A DNA stretch of 64,000 nucleotides. Source: an uncultured Haloferula sp. GTDB taxonomy: Bacteria > Verrucomicrobiota > Verrucomicrobiia > Verrucomicrobiales > Akkermansiaceae. The stretch covers positions 45,794-109,793 of the forward strand of contig CBFGTS010000014.1 of assembly GCA_965652295.1 (NCBI GenBank). Reading direction: 5' to 3'. Under the pieces are notes generated by a model, which was not told the DNA's origin, searched no databases, and worked only from the letters and a program-made list of their open reading frames with translations. Positions 36,571 to 47,019 of this stretch are shown one piece after another. The position numbers and the translations under genes were made by a program. Numbering within the stretch: the first letter of the stretch is position 1; each line of letters begins with the position of its first letter.

Positions 36571-38079
36571 TCAGCTCTTCGCGAACCAAGCCACCGCGCC
36601 CACGATCAACAGTAGACCGATCAAGGTCCAGAGGAACACAAGGGCCGTGCTGGAGGTGGTGCCGCTACCGCCTTGGGAGAGGCGGTCGTAGCGGCCCTTC
36701 AGCTTGCCCTTGCGCAGGAAGCCATCGTAGTGGCGCTGAAGAAGGTGGGTTTCCACCTGCCGCATCGTGTCGAGCACCACGCCCACAAGAATCAGCAGCG
36801 AGGTGCCGCCGAAGAACTGGAGCACCATCGAGTTCGCCGGAAGTCCGACGACCGCCCCGATACCGGTTGGCAGGAGGAAGATCAAGGTGAGGAAAATCGC
36901 GCCGGCAAAAGTGAGGCGGGTCATCGTGAAATCGAGGAACTCCGCCGTCGGCTTGCCAGGGCGCACGCCCGGGATGTAACCGCCGTTCCGCTTCAAATCC
37001 TCCGAGATCTGGGACGGTTGGAACATCGTGGCGACCCAGAAGTAGGAGAAGAAGAAGATGAAGATCGCGCCGAGGAACCAATACCATCCTCCGAAGGCCA
37101 GGGCTTCGCGCATCGATCTCGCCCAACTCGCGCTCGGGAAGATCTGCTCCAGAAGAATCGGCGGCAGGGAAAGCACCGCGCTGGCGAAGATGATCGGCAT
37201 CACCCCGGCATAATTCACTTTCAGCGGCAGATACTGGGTCTGTCCTCCGAATTGCTTCCGGCCGACGACACGCTTCGCGTACTGGATCGCGATCCGACGC
37301 TGGGCCTGGGTGATCGAAATCGTGCCGGCGATGACCACCAGCAGCATGGCGATCATGACCACCAGCCAGATGACGTCGGTGGTGTTCGCATCCTCGCGGG
37401 AAACGAAGAACTGCCAGGTCTGGAACAATGCTCCGGGCAACGAGGCAATGATGTTGACCGTGATGATGATCGAGGTGCCGTTGCCGATGCCTCGCTCGGT
37501 CATCTGGTCGCCGATCCACATCAGGAGCAGCGTGCCGGTGACGATCGTCAAAACGATGAGTGCCTGCCATGCCGGCGTCGGATTCGCCACCAATGGCCGG
37601 CCGAGCTCCTTCATGACTTCACCGATCCCCTGCATGTAGGGGATCGAAGTGGGATCCACCAGCGAGCGGGCGACGAACACCCCCTGCACCAGCGCGATGG
37701 CGATGGTCAGGTAGCGGGTCATCTGCGTGATCTTCTGCCGGCCGCCATCCTCGCGGGAAAGGCGGGAAAGCTTCGGCACCACCGCCGTCATGAGCTGCAT
37801 CATGATCGATGCCGAAATGTAAGGCATGATCCCCAAGGCGAAGACACCCGCCTGCTGCAGCGCGCCACCCGAGAAGATCCCGAGGATCGCTTGGAGGCCG
37901 CCGGACTGCGTGGCATCCCGGCTTTTCGAATGCTCGACCCAGGCATCGATCACCGAGGCATCGACCCCGGGAAGGGTCACGTGCACGCCGAGGCGCACGA
38001 TGACGATGAGGGCGAGGGTGAAAAGAATGCGGTCGCGGAGTTCGGGAACCTTCCAGGTATTCGCGAATGCGGAGATCAT
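36571..38079 (-). CDS. secY: Preprotein translocase subunit SecY
   Basis: ALGIMPYISASI, GIGNG.S, IPGVRPG, GGTSLLI. Confidence 0.98.
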   Translation of the reverse strand: MISAFANTWKVPELRDRILFTLALIVIVRLGVHVTLPGVDASVIDAWVEHSKSRDATQSGGLQAILGIFSGGALQQAGVFALGIMPYISASIMMQLMTAVVPKLSRLSREDGGRQKITQMTRYLTIAIALVQGVFVARSLVDPTSIPYMQGIGEVMKELGRPLVANPTPAWQALIVLTIVTGTLLLMWIGDQMTERGIGNGTSIIITVNIIASLPGALFQTWQFFVSREDANTTDVIWLVVMIAMLLVVIAGTISITQAQRRIAIQYAKRVVGRKQFGGQTQYLPLKVNYAGVMPIIFASAVLSLPPILLEQIFPSASWARSMREALAFGGWYWFLGAIFIFFFSYFWVATMFQPSQISEDLKRNGGYIPGVRPGKPTAEFLDFTMTRLTFAGAIFLTLIFLLPTGIGAVVGLPANSMVLQFFGGTSLLILVGVVLDTMRQVETHLLQRHYDGFLRKGKLKGRYDRLSQGGSGTTSSTALVFLWTLIGLLLIVGAVAWFAKS

Positions 38080-38118
38080 GGTGCGTGGATGGAAATTGGG
38101 AGGCGCTCTTTTAAACGC

Positions 38119-38148
38119 GTCGAGGAAGCGGGCAAGCGCTTCCTCGAC
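38119..38148. other. Perfect 12-bp stem-loop between rplO and secY
   Basis: GTCGAGGAAGCG-GGCAAG-CGCTTCCTCGAC. Confidence 0.6.
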
Positions 38149-38180
38149 AAATGGGATTCATCTGTGCCGTGGAACGGTCA

Positions 38181-38624
38181 TCAACCCTCCACGGTGCCGC
38201 CGGCCTGCACGATTTTCTCGCGGGCCGAAGCGCTGACCGCACAGCCGGAAACCGTCAGCTTCTTGCTGATCTGGCCTTGGCCGAGGACCTTCACGACGTC
38301 GCAGTTGCGATTCACGAGGTTCTTTTCGCGGAGCGACTCCTCACTGACGGTGGCACCGTCCTCGAAGCTCTTCTCGAGCTGGGCGAGGTTGACGACGGAG
38401 ACCTTCGTTTTGAAGTTGAAGTTGTTGAAGCCCTTCTTGGGCAGGCGACGGTGAAGGGGCATCTGGCCCCCTTCGAAACCCGGCCGGACCGAGCCGCCCG
38501 AGCGGGCCTTCTGGCCCTTGTTGCCCTTGCCGGAGGTCTTGCCGTGGCCGGAGCTTTCGCCACAGCCGAGGCGCTTGACCCGGTGCTTGGAGCCCTTGTT
38601 CGGGCTGAGAGTGTGAAGTTTCAT
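38181..38624 (-). CDS. rplO: 50S ribosomal protein L15
   Basis: GFEGGQMPL.RRLPK. Confidence 0.97.
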   Translation of the reverse strand: MKLHTLSPNKGSKHRVKRLGCGESSGHGKTSGKGNKGQKARSGGSVRPGFEGGQMPLHRRLPKKGFNNFNFKTKVSVVNLAQLEKSFEDGATVSEESLREKNLVNRNCDVVKVLGQGQISKKLTVSGCAVSASAREKIVQAGGTVEG

Positions 38625-38666
38625 GATTCGACGTTCGAGGTTGGACGTTCGATTTCGAGAGTTCGA

Positions 38667-39251
38667 TTAGATGGACTCTTTCTTCTTCTTGCCGCGTGCG
38701 CCCAGGATCTGGTCGCGGGTGCGGAGTTGGGAAAGCGCCTTGAGGGTCGCCTTGACGACGTTGGCGTGGTTGGCCGAGCCGAGCGACTTGGCCAGCACGT
38801 CGCGGATGCCGACGGCTTCGCAAACCGCACGCACTCCACCTCCGGCGATGATGCCGGTACCTGGAGAGGCGGGCTTGAGGAGCACCTTGCCTCCACCGAA
38901 TTCAGCGTAGGTTTCGTGCGGGATGGTTCCCTCTTCGCCGATGTTCATCGGGATGAGCGACTTGCGTCCGGCTTCGCTGGCCTTGCGGATGGCGTCGGCC
39001 ACCTCGTTCGCCTTGCCGAATCCGAGGCCCACCTTGCCCTCCTTGTCGCCGATCACGACGAGCGCGGAGAAGCTGAAGCGGCGGCCGCCTTTCACGACCT
39101 TGGCGCAACGGTTGATGAAAACGACCTTTTCGGTCACTTCCTTGCCATCGACCTCGATGGGTTGACGCTCCTCGCGACGGGGTCCGCGTCCACGACCATC
39201 GCGTTGGTGGCGGTTCTGGGAGGCGGGCGGATTTTCGTTGGTAGTCACCAT
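38667..39251 (-). CDS. rpsE: 30S ribosomal protein S5
   Basis: [25 protein letters not shown]. Confidence 0.97.
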   Translation of the reverse strand: MVTTNENPPASQNRHQRDGRGRGPRREERQPIEVDGKEVTEKVVFINRCAKVVKGGRRFSFSALVVIGDKEGKVGLGFGKANEVADAIRKASEAGRKSLIPMNIGEEGTIPHETYAEFGGGKVLLKPASPGTGIIAGGGVRAVCEAVGIRDVLAKSLGSANHANVVKATLKALSQLRTRDQILGARGKKKKESI

Positions 39252-39273
39252 GACTTTTCTGCGCGGGCGAGGA

Positions 39274-39630
39274 TTAGAATTGGAGTCCGGCTTCCCGGGC
39301 GGCTTCGGCAAGAGCCTTGATCTTGCCATGATAGAGGTGGCCGCCACGGTCGAAGACCACGGCGCTGATGTTCGCTTCCTTGGCGCGCTCGGCGAGGAGC
39401 TTGCCAATGGCTGTGGCGCAATCGACGTTGGATGCGCTCTTCTCCAGGCTCTTGTCCATCGTCGAAGCCGAGACCAGCGTGCGGCCTGCTTCGTCGTCGA
39501 TCACCTGGGCGTAGATGTGCTGGTTGGAGTAGTGCACGGCCAGACGCGGACGATCGGCCGTTCCGGCAACCTTGCGGCGGATCCGGGCGTGGATCCGGCG
39601 GCGCACTTCCTTGCGTTTGATAAGACTCAT
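39274..39630 (-). CDS. rplR: 50S ribosomal protein L18
   Basis: RPRL, VVFDRGG..YHG. Confidence 0.97.
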   Translation of the reverse strand: MSLIKRKEVRRRIHARIRRKVAGTADRPRLAVHYSNQHIYAQVIDDEAGRTLVSASTMDKSLEKSASNVDCATAIGKLLAERAKEANISAVVFDRGGHLYHGKIKALAEAAREAGLQF

Positions 39631-39653
39631 AGTGTTGGGACGGTTGCGGAGGT

Positions 39654-40193
39654 TTACTTGCCGACGCTCTTGCCTTCCTTGCGGCGGACGCGCTCTCCGG
39701 CGTAGCGGACGCCCTTGCCCTTGTAGGGTTCCGGCGGGTAGTAGCTGCGCACCTCGGCGGCGAACTGCCCGACCTTTTGCTTGTCGATGCCTTCCACCTT
39801 GATCTTGGTGTTGTCGGCGACGCTGACGGTCAGGTCCGACGGGATCGGGTGAAGGATCGGATGGGACTTGCCGAGCGAGAGGTCCAACTCGGTGCCTTTG
39901 ACGGCGGCACGCATACCCACACCCTGGATCTCAAGCTCCTTGGTGAAGCCCTGGCTGACGCCGGTGATCATGTTGTGGACGATGCTGCGCACGGTGCCGT
40001 GAAGCGCGCGGTGCTCGCGCTGTTCGGTGGCGCGGGAGACGACGACGGTGCCGTCCTCTTCCTTGACGTCGATGCCCTTGGGCAGGTCGAAGTCGAGTTT
40101 GCCCTTCGGGCCTTCGACGGCGACGGTGTTGCCGCTCACGCTCACCTTCACCTTTTCGGGAAGGGAGATCGGTTTCAATCCAACTCGTGACAT
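39654..40193 (-). CDS. rplF: 50S ribosomal protein L6
   Basis: [16 protein letters not shown]. Confidence 0.97.
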   Translation of the reverse strand: MSRVGLKPISLPEKVKVSVSGNTVAVEGPKGKLDFDLPKGIDVKEEDGTVVVSRATEQREHRALHGTVRSIVHNMITGVSQGFTKELEIQGVGMRAAVKGTELDLSLGKSHPILHPIPSDLTVSVADNTKIKVEGIDKQKVGQFAAEVRSYYPPEPYKGKGVRYAGERVRRKEGKSVGK

Positions 40194-40220
40194 GGTTCTG
40201 TTTCCTTTCTCGGGTTGGGG

Positions 40221-40619
40221 TTACCAGACGTTGGCGAGGATTTCGCCGCCCAGCTTGGAGCGCCGGGCGGTGGCACCGGACATGACTCCCTTGGAGGTGG
40301 AGACGATGGAAATGCCGAGGCCGTTGAGGACGCGGGGAATATCGTCGGAACCGGCGTAGACGCGGCGGCCCGGCTTGGAGATGCGCTTGAGGTCGGTCAG
40401 CACCGGACGTCCATCGACGTAACGGGCCTTGACCTTGATTTCAGGAAACGTGCCTTCGGTGAGGACCTCGTAGTTCCAGATGTAGCCTTCCTCCTGGAGA
40501 ATCTTGGCGATGTCGGCCTTGATTCGGGAGTAGGGTGCGGTGAAGTCCTCGTTGCCAGCCCGGCAGCAGTTTTTGAAGCGGGTCAGGAAGTCGGAAATGG
40601 GATCGGAAAGAACAGCCAT
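40221..40619 (-). CDS. rpsH: 30S ribosomal protein S8
   Basis: DPISDFLTR, ISKPGRRVY, STSKG. Confidence 0.97.
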   Translation of the reverse strand: MAVLSDPISDFLTRFKNCCRAGNEDFTAPYSRIKADIAKILQEEGYIWNYEVLTEGTFPEIKVKARYVDGRPVLTDLKRISKPGRRVYAGSDDIPRVLNGLGISIVSTSKGVMSGATARRSKLGGEILANVW

Positions 40620-40646
40620 GGTATGCTATCGGTTCGGGTCGTCGGG

Positions 40647-41225
40647 TTAGGCGGCGGCACCTTCTTCGGCTGCCTTGGCGGTGTCACGGAACGGCATGCC
40701 AAGCTCGGCGAGGAGGGACTTGCCCTCTTCATCGTTCTTCGCGCTGGTCACGAAGATCAGGTCGAAGCCGATCTGGCGTTTGATCTGGTCGAGCTCGATC
40801 TCCGGGAAAATCGATTGGTCGGCGAAGCCGACGGCGTAGTTGCCGCGGCCGTCAAAGCCCTTCGGGCTGATTCCGCGGAAGTCGCGAATGTTCGGCGCGG
40901 TAACGTTGATGAAGCGGTAAAGGAACTCCCACATGCGCTCGCCACGAAGGGTGACTCGGGCGCCGAGGGGTTCACCGGCACGCAGCTTGAAGTTGGCCAC
41001 GGCCTTCTTCGAGAACGTGATCGAGGGCTTCTGGCCGGTGATCTTGGAGATCTCCGAGACAGCGTCATCCACGGCGACCTTGCGGTCGGGGGCTTTGCCC
41101 ATGCAGGAAGTCACGACGATCTTCTCAAGCTGGGGCACCTGGTGCGGGTTGGTGTAACCGTGCTTCTCTGTGAGAGCCGGAACCACCTTCTCCTTGTATT
41201 GTTTTAGCAGGACTGGGGTGCTCAT
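40647..41225 (-). CDS. rplE: 50S ribosomal protein L5
   Basis: ITGQKP, IRDFRG, FDGRGNY. Confidence 0.97.
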   Translation of the reverse strand: MSTPVLLKQYKEKVVPALTEKHGYTNPHQVPQLEKIVVTSCMGKAPDRKVAVDDAVSEISKITGQKPSITFSKKAVANFKLRAGEPLGARVTLRGERMWEFLYRFINVTAPNIRDFRGISPKGFDGRGNYAVGFADQSIFPEIELDQIKRQIGFDLIFVTSAKNDEEGKSLLAELGMPFRDTAKAAEEGAAA

Positions 41226-41291
41226 TGGTTTCAGCGGGTCAGCGCTTGTATTCGATTGCGCTTAAGCGCGGGCGGACTCCCTCACGGGAAA

Positions 41292-41516
41292 TCAGCCCAG
41301 TTTTTTCACATTGGAAATATGGATCGGACCGTCCTGATCGAGGATCCCTCCGTCGGGATTCTGCTCGGAGCGGCGGGTCGCCTTCTTGATCTTGCGGGCA
41401 CCTTCGACGACCACCTGTTGCTTGGCGGCGTTGACGAGAAGGACCTTGCCTTGCTTGCCCTTGTGGTTGCCGGCGATGATTTGGACCTCATCACCCTTTT
41501 TGACGTGAGTCTTCAT
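41292..41516 (-). CDS. rplX: 50S ribosomal protein L24 (short form, 74 aa)
   Basis: KOW motif VKKGDEV.IIAG..KGK.GKV and PIHISNV. Confidence 0.93.
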   Translation of the reverse strand: MKTHVKKGDEVQIIAGNHKGKQGKVLLVNAAKQQVVVEGARKIKKATRRSEQNPDGGILDQDGPIHISNVKKLG

Positions 41517-41536
41517 GGAAATCGATGCGTTGGGGT

Positions 41537-41902
41537 TCAGAGGACCTCGGGAGCCAGCGAAACGATCTTCATGAACTGCTTTTCACGAAGCTCGCGGGCC
41601 ACAGGGCCGAAGATGCGGGTGCCTTTGGGATTGTTGTCCTTGTCGATGACGACGATGGCGTTGTTGTCGAAGCGCAGCACCGAACCATCGGAGCGGCGGA
41701 TCGGCGAAGCGGTGCGCACGACCACGGCTTTGATGACGGAACCCTTTTTGACCGAAGCGGTCGGGATCGAGTCACGGACGTGGGCGGTGATGATGTCGCC
41801 GACATTGGCAACGCGTGAGCGGGTGCCGAGCACACCGATCATCTTGGCGGAGCGGGCACCGGTGTTGTCGGCGACCTGGACGAGAGATTCCATCTGGATC
41901 AT
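41537..41902 (-). CDS. rplN: 50S ribosomal protein L14
   Basis: [19 protein letters not shown]. Confidence 0.98.
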   Translation of the reverse strand: MIQMESLVQVADNTGARSAKMIGVLGTRSRVANVGDIITAHVRDSIPTASVKKGSVIKAVVVRTASPIRRSDGSVLRFDNNAIVVIDKDNNPKGTRIFGPVARELREKQFMKIVSLAPEVL

Positions 41903-41915
41903 GGCGGTAGTGGGT

Positions 41916-42010
41916 AAAAGCTGAAAATCTGAAACGCTGAAAATCTGAAATGCTGAGAAACGAAGAAGTGCCGTGCCGGAAGATTTCAGCGTTTCAGCAT
42001 TTCCGCTTTT
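41916..42010. repeat. Inverted arrays of an 8-bp unit (CTGAAANN) between rpsQ and rplN
   Basis: CTGAAAAT-CTGAAACG-CTGAAAAT-CTGAAATG on the left; complementary TTTCAGCG-TTTCAGCA-TTTCCGC on the right. Confidence 0.8.
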
Positions 42011-42016
42011 ATTCGA

Positions 42017-42286
42017 TCAGTGGCTGAGGACCTCGGCGAGCGCCCAGCGCTTCGACTTGGACACGGGGCGTGTCTCGACGATGCGGACCTTGTCGCCGAT
42101 CTTGGCGGCTCCTTCCTCGTCGTGGACGTAGTACTTCTTGGAGCGCTTGACGATTTTCTTGAACTGTGGGTGCGGAACGCGGGCGACGTGTTCGACGACG
42201 ATGGTCTTGTCCATCTTGTCGGACACGACCACGCCGACGCGGGTCTTGCGGAGGTGCGGACGGGAGTCCTGTTGGGTCTCGCTCAT
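42017..42286 (-). CDS. rpsQ: 30S ribosomal protein S17
   Basis: [23 protein letters not shown]. Confidence 0.97.
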   Translation of the reverse strand: MSETQQDSRPHLRKTRVGVVVSDKMDKTIVVEHVARVPHPQFKKIVKRSKKYYVHDEEGAAKIGDKVRIVETRPVSKSKRWALAEVLSH

Positions 42287-42314
42287 GGCTGGGAAATCGT
42301 GAGATTAAGGAAGT

Positions 42315-42515
42315 TCAGCCCTCCTTGCGGGCGTTGAGGTAGGTCATGGCCCGGGCGATGTCCCGGCGGACAGTGCGGATGCGCGCGGTGTTCTCAAGCT
42401 GGCCGGTCGTCTGCTGCATTTTCAGCGCGAAGGCCTCTTCCTTGAGGTCACGGATTTTCGCGTCCAGCTCCTTGGCGGTGAGTTCGGCGAAAGGATGTTT
42501 CTTGGTCGTAGCCAT
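42315..42515 (-). CDS. rpmC: 50S ribosomal protein L29
   Basis: GQLEN..RIR.VRRDIAR; operon position. Confidence 0.93.
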   Translation of the reverse strand: MATTKKHPFAELTAKELDAKIRDLKEEAFALKMQQTTGQLENTARIRTVRRDIARAMTYLNARKEG

Positions 42516-42521
42516 GATCGG

Positions 42522-42941
42522 TCAGGAGTGGGGATTGCGGACAACGAAGCGGGTCGGCACGCCGAGCTTGTAGGAGGCAAGGCGCATGGCCTCGCGGGCC
42601 TGGGATTCCGGCACGCCGGCGACCTCGAAAAGCATGTTGCCGGGGCGGACCACGGCGACCCAGGCTTCCACGGCACCCTTACCTTTACCCATCCGGGTTT
42701 CCGGCGGGCGGGAGGTGATCGACTTGTGCGGGAAGATGCGGATCCAGACTTTCCCCTTACGTTTGAGGAAACGGTTGATCGCGATACGGCAGGCTTCGAT
42801 CTGGCGGTTGGTCATCCAGCCGCGGCCGAGGCATTGAAGGCCGAAATCACCGAAGGCGACGGTGGTGCCGCGCTGCGCGTTGCCGGCGCGGCTGCCACGG
42901 TGGCTCTTACGGAACTTCGTGCGTTTGGGCATCAAAGGCAT
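42522..42941 (-). CDS. rplP: 50S ribosomal protein L16
   Basis: RQIEA, WIRIFP, RMGKGKG. Confidence 0.97.
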   Translation of the reverse strand: MPLMPKRTKFRKSHRGSRAGNAQRGTTVAFGDFGLQCLGRGWMTNRQIEACRIAINRFLKRKGKVWIRIFPHKSITSRPPETRMGKGKGAVEAWVAVVRPGNMLFEVAGVPESQAREAMRLASYKLGVPTRFVVRNPHS

Positions 42942-42984
42942 GACGGGGTCCTCCTAAAGTTGGTTTTGAGTTAAAGAATCGGGC

Positions 42985-43695
42985 TCAGCCTTGTGGGGCC
43001 GGAGCGTTGTTGCGGGGGCGGCGGGGTCCGCGCTCACGGCGATCACCACCAGGCGAAGGCGCGCGTTCGGCTTCTTCCTTCTTGTTGACCCAGCACTTGA
43101 CGCCGATGACGCCGTAAACGGTGCGGGCTTCGGCAAAGCCGTAGTCGAGAGGCACGCGCAGCGTCTGGAGCGGCACCTTGCCCTCGCGATACCATTCGGC
43201 ACGGGCGATGTCGGCACCGCCGAGGCGGCCGGCGCAGCGGATACGGATACCATCGGCACCGAAGTCCATGGTGGTCTGCACGGCGCGCTTCATGGCACGG
43301 CGGAAGGAAATCCGGCGTTCGAGCTGCACGGCCACCTGCTCGGCGACGAGCTGGGCATCAAGTTCCGGCTTGCGGATCTCGACGATGTCGATCTTGACGT
43401 TGTTGTTGTTGCAGATCTTGGCGAGATCGTTGGTCATGCGCTCGATCTCCGATCCCTTGCGGCCGATGATGAGGCCGGGGCGGGAGGTGTGGAGGGTGAC
43501 GCGGACACTGGCCCAAGCGCGCTCGATGACGACCTTGGAAAGAGCGGCGAACTGAAGGCGTTCCTTCAGATAGCGGCGGATCCTGAGGTCCTCGTGGAGC
43601 TTCTCGGTGTAATCCTTGCCGGAGGCATACCATTTCGAGCGCCAGTCCTTGCTGACGGCGAGACGGAATCCGATGGGGTTGACTTTTTGGCCCAT
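42985..43695 (-). CDS. rpsC: 30S ribosomal protein S3
   Basis: MGQKVNPIGFRL, GRLGGADIAR. Confidence 0.98.
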   Translation of the reverse strand: MGQKVNPIGFRLAVSKDWRSKWYASGKDYTEKLHEDLRIRRYLKERLQFAALSKVVIERAWASVRVTLHTSRPGLIIGRKGSEIERMTNDLAKICNNNNVKIDIVEIRKPELDAQLVAEQVAVQLERRISFRRAMKRAVQTTMDFGADGIRIRCAGRLGGADIARAEWYREGKVPLQTLRVPLDYGFAEARTVYGVIGVKCWVNKKEEAERAPSPGGDRRERGPRRPRNNAPAPQG

Positions 43696-43725
43696 AGTAA
43701 AAAGTGACGTTGCGGGGTTACGGGA

Positions 43726-44112
43726 TCAGGCTTCGGCCTTGGCGGACACGTGGACCCGCTTCTTCTTCGAGGTTTCCTCGGGAGCTTCCGCGAGGGTGAT
43801 ATAGATGTGGCTGGTGCGCTTGAGGATGGCACCGGCGGAACCGCGAGCGCGGGGTTGGAAACGCTTGAGCACGGGCCCCGCACCGATCACCGCTTCCTTG
43901 ACGATCAGGTCGTCGGCGTTGAGCGCGAAGTTGTTCTCCGCGTCGGCAACGGCGGTCTTGAGGGTCTTGTTGATCAGGAACGCCGCCTTCTTGGGAGTGA
44001 AGGCGAGGATATCGAGGGCGGCGGAAACAGGAAGACCCTGGATTTCGCGCGCCACGTCACGGGCCTTCTTCGGCGAGAGGCGGACGAATTTGCTGGTGCT
44101 CTTGACTTCCAT
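43726..44112 (-). CDS. rplV: 50S ribosomal protein L22
   Basis: SPKK, KRFQPRARG, KRTSHI. Confidence 0.96.
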   Translation of the reverse strand: MEVKSTSKFVRLSPKKARDVAREIQGLPVSAALDILAFTPKKAAFLINKTLKTAVADAENNFALNADDLIVKEAVIGAGPVLKRFQPRARGSAGAILKRTSHIYITLAEAPEETSKKKRVHVSAKAEA

Positions 44113-44149
44113 CGGAGTTGAAGGTGAAGGATTGACTGGGCCTGGGCGG

Positions 44150-44860
44150 TTATTCGGTTTCGAGAAGGGCAAGATCGCCGACGCGCACGGGACCCTGGCC
44201 GGGATCGAGCGTTTCGACGAAGGCACCGGCCACTGACGATCGGACGTCGGCAATGATGGCGGTGCCGTAGGGCTGGTCGCCCCGGTAGAGGCGGTATGTG
44301 GAGCCGATTCGTGTCTGCTGCCGCTCGCCGATATTGAAGACGAGAAGGCCGCTTTCGGAATCGATGCTCATGACGTTGGCCCGGGTTGCGGTGCCGGACG
44401 CCTGAGCGGCGGGGGCGGGCTTGTGGCGCAGTCCGAGGACGACGTCAAGCTCTCTCATGGCGGATTCGACACGAAGCCGGGCATCCGGATCGGATGCCAC
44501 CGCCTGGCGGAGGTATTCGGTGACGGCACCGGCGAGCTGGCTGGCCGTGCTCTGGATCTTCGCCTCGCGCTCTTCGAGCAGAACGCGGTCGGAAACGGCG
44601 TCGACCATGCGCTGGCCGTCGCCTTCCAACAGGCTGCCGCCGAGGGCGGCCAGCCGGGTGCGGATCTCCGCCAGCTGCTCGGACGCTTCCTTCTCCGCGC
44701 GGTTGGCGGCGGCAAGGGCGTCCTTGAGCGATTGGTTCTCCGTCTGGAGCGTGGCGATCACGCCCTGAAGCTGTTCGGCATCCGCCCCCTGCCCCACGGC
44801 GACGCCCGACTGCATGCCGAGAACGGCAGCAGCAATGACGATGGCACGTGGAGAATTCAT
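44150..44860 (-). CDS. Exported hypothetical protein (coiled coil plus small beta domain) lying between rpsS and rplV
   Basis: 236 aa, signal-peptide-like N-terminus, heptad-rich helix, C-terminal 'LLVFNIG...GPVRVGD'; 29- and 37-bp gaps to neighbours. Confidence 0.8.
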   Translation of the reverse strand: MNSPRAIVIAAAVLGMQSGVAVGQGADAEQLQGVIATLQTENQSLKDALAAANRAEKEASEQLAEIRTRLAALGGSLLEGDGQRMVDAVSDRVLLEEREAKIQSTASQLAGAVTEYLRQAVASDPDARLRVESAMRELDVVLGLRHKPAPAAQASGTATRANVMSIDSESGLLVFNIGERQQTRIGSTYRLYRGDQPYGTAIIADVRSSVAGAFVETLDPGQGPVRVGDLALLETE

Positions 44861-44889
44861 GGAGACGGAGTCGCGAGCTTCAGGCCGGA

Positions 44890-45159
44890 TTACTTCTTAC
44901 CAATGCCACCGTGGGCACGGAAGATGCGGGTCGGGGCGAATTCGCCGAGCTTGTGGCCGACCATGTTCTCGGTGACGTAAACGGGGACGAAGGTCTTGCC
45001 GTTGTGGACCGCGAAATTGAGGCCGACGAAGTCGGGCGTGATCATCGACTTGCGGCTCCAGGTCTTGATCGGCTTCTTGTCGTTGGTTTCGACAGCCTTG
45101 TCGATCTTGGCCAGGAGCTTCTGGTCAACGAACGGGCCTTTCTTTAGGGAACGGGGCAT
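44890..45159 (-). CDS. rpsS: 30S ribosomal protein S19
   Basis: [23 protein letters not shown]. Confidence 0.98.
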   Translation of the reverse strand: MPRSLKKGPFVDQKLLAKIDKAVETNDKKPIKTWSRKSMITPDFVGLNFAVHNGKTFVPVYVTENMVGHKLGEFAPTRIFRAHGGIGKK

Positions 45160-45183
45160 GATTTCTGAGAGTAGGAGTTAGGC

Positions 45184-46026
45184 TCAGCGCTTCTTGTTCT
45201 TGCGGCGCTCGACGATGAATGTGCTGGTCGGCTTCTTCGGGTCGCGGGTCTTCTGGCCCTTCGCATGGCCCCAGGGGCTGAGAAGGTGCTGGCGGCCACC
45301 GCCGGACTTCGACTTGCCCTCACCACCACCGTTCGGGTGATCGACAGGGTTCATGCACATGCCGCGGACGGTCGGGCGGGTGCCCTGCCAGCGGGTGCGG
45401 CCTGCCTTGCCGGAGATCTCGTTCATGTGGTCGCGGTTGCCGACCTGGCCGATGGTGCAGTAGCACCGGGCGTTGAAGCGGCGGATTTCTCCGGACGGCA
45501 TCTTGACCAGCGCCCACTCGCCTTCACGGTTGGAAAGCACGGCTTGCTGACCGGCGGCGCGGGCCACCTTGCCACCGGAGCCGGGAACCAGCTCGATGTT
45601 GTGGATCGCGGTGCCGAGCGGGACCTTGGAAAGCGGCAGGGCGTTGCCGGGTTTCGGCGCGGCGTTCTCACCGGACATCACCTTGCTGCCGACTTCCAGA
45701 CCGGCCGGCGAGAGGATGTAGCTCTTCTGGCCGTCTTCATACTGGATGAGGGCGATGCGGCAGGTGCGGTTCGGATCGTACTCGATGCCGAGGACTTCGG
45801 CGGCGACGTCATGTTTGCGGCGCTTGAAGTCCACCATGCGGTAGTGGCGCTTGTGGCCACCGCCGATGTGGCGGGTCGTGATCCGTCCGGTGTTGTTACG
45901 GCCGCCGCTCTTCTTGAGCGGGCTGAGAAGAGACTTCTCCGGTGACTTCTTCGTGATTTCGTCGAAGCCGGGAAGCACCTTGTAGCGCTGGGGCGGCGTG
46001 AGGGGTTTGAACTCCTTGAGAGGCAT
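45184..46026 (-). CDS. rplB: 50S ribosomal protein L2
   Basis: EYDPNR, MNPVDHP.GGGEG. Confidence 0.98.
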   Translation of the reverse strand: MPLKEFKPLTPPQRYKVLPGFDEITKKSPEKSLLSPLKKSGGRNNTGRITTRHIGGGHKRHYRMVDFKRRKHDVAAEVLGIEYDPNRTCRIALIQYEDGQKSYILSPAGLEVGSKVMSGENAAPKPGNALPLSKVPLGTAIHNIELVPGSGGKVARAAGQQAVLSNREGEWALVKMPSGEIRRFNARCYCTIGQVGNRDHMNEISGKAGRTRWQGTRPTVRGMCMNPVDHPNGGGEGKSKSGGGRQHLLSPWGHAKGQKTRDPKKPTSTFIVERRKNKKR

Positions 46027-46070
46027 GGCTCGTTAGGGTGTTGCGCTTGGAAGCAGGTGAAAGATTCGGG

Positions 46071-46355
46071 TTAAACGAGGTCGAGGTTTTCGCCCTCCTT
46101 GAGACGGACGATGGCCTTCTTCCAGTGGGCGGTGCGGCCGGCGTCGGCGCGGCGCTGACGCTTGAGCTTGCCCACTTGGTTGAGAGTGCGAACGGCTTCG
46201 ACTTTCTTGCCAAGGATCTGTTCGACGGCTTTGGCGATCTCGATCTTGTTGGCGCGGCGATCCACCTCGAGGACGACCTCGTTGTTCAGCTCGTTGAGCA
46301 TGGTGGCCTTCTCCGAGACACGGACGTTCTTGATGACTTGATAAAGGTCTTTCAT
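46071..46355 (-). CDS. rplW: 50S ribosomal protein L23
   Basis: SEKA, ANK.EI..AVE, WKKAIVRL. Confidence 0.95.
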   Translation of the reverse strand: MKDLYQVIKNVRVSEKATMLNELNNEVVLEVDRRANKIEIAKAVEQILGKKVEAVRTLNQVGKLKRQRRADAGRTAHWKKAIVRLKEGENLDLV

Positions 46356-46377
46356 GGCGCGTTGTAGCGGATGGGCT

Positions 46378-46992
46378 TCAGGCGGTGCGGTTGGCGAGAG
46401 TTTCAAGCGCATCCTCGACGAGGAGCACGGTGTTGGCGTGGAGGAGTTCCTCGACGTTGACGCTGTCGGCGGTGACCAGCTGGGCCCAGCCGATGTTGCG
46501 GGCGGCCAGGTAGGTGCTGTCATCGAAGCTCTTGGCCACGATGAGCACCTTCTTGGCTTCGGCCTCGGCCGAGACGGCGGAAACGAAGGACTTCGTCTTG
46601 CCGTCGGCGACGGAGAAGGACGAGAGGACCTTGAGGTTGCCGTCGGAGATCAGGTCGGCGAGCACACGGCGCAGCGCGAGGCGGCGGGTGTTTTTGGTGA
46701 CCTTCTTCGAGTAGTCGCGCGGACGCGGACCGAAGACGACACCCCCACCGACGAAGATCGGTGCGCGCTTGTCGCCGTGGCGGGCGTTACCGGTGCCCTT
46801 CTGGCGGTAGATCTTCTTGTTGTTGCCGCGGACTTCGCCACGGGTCTTGGTGTTCGCGGAACCGGTGCGGCGGTTGGCCCGGTAGGCGGTCACGAGGTCG
46901 TGGACGGCCTGGGAACCCTTGCCTTGCTCGGCCAGCGTGATCTTGGCGGCCTTGGCGTCGTCAGCAGTGAAAACTTTGGCGGACATGGTCAT
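46378..46992 (-). CDS. rplD: 50S ribosomal protein L4 (alternative start 46986)
   Basis: [28 protein letters not shown]. Confidence 0.97.
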   Translation of the reverse strand: MTMSAKVFTADDAKAAKITLAEQGKGSQAVHDLVTAYRANRRTGSANTKTRGEVRGNNKKIYRQKGTGNARHGDKRAPIFVGGGVVFGPRPRDYSKKVTKNTRRLALRRVLADLISDGNLKVLSSFSVADGKTKSFVSAVSAEAEAKKVLIVAKSFDDSTYLAARNIGWAQLVTADSVNVEELLHANTVLLVEDALETLANRTA

Positions 46993-47019
46993 TCAGGAGT
47001 GGTTGCGCCGGATCGGAAC

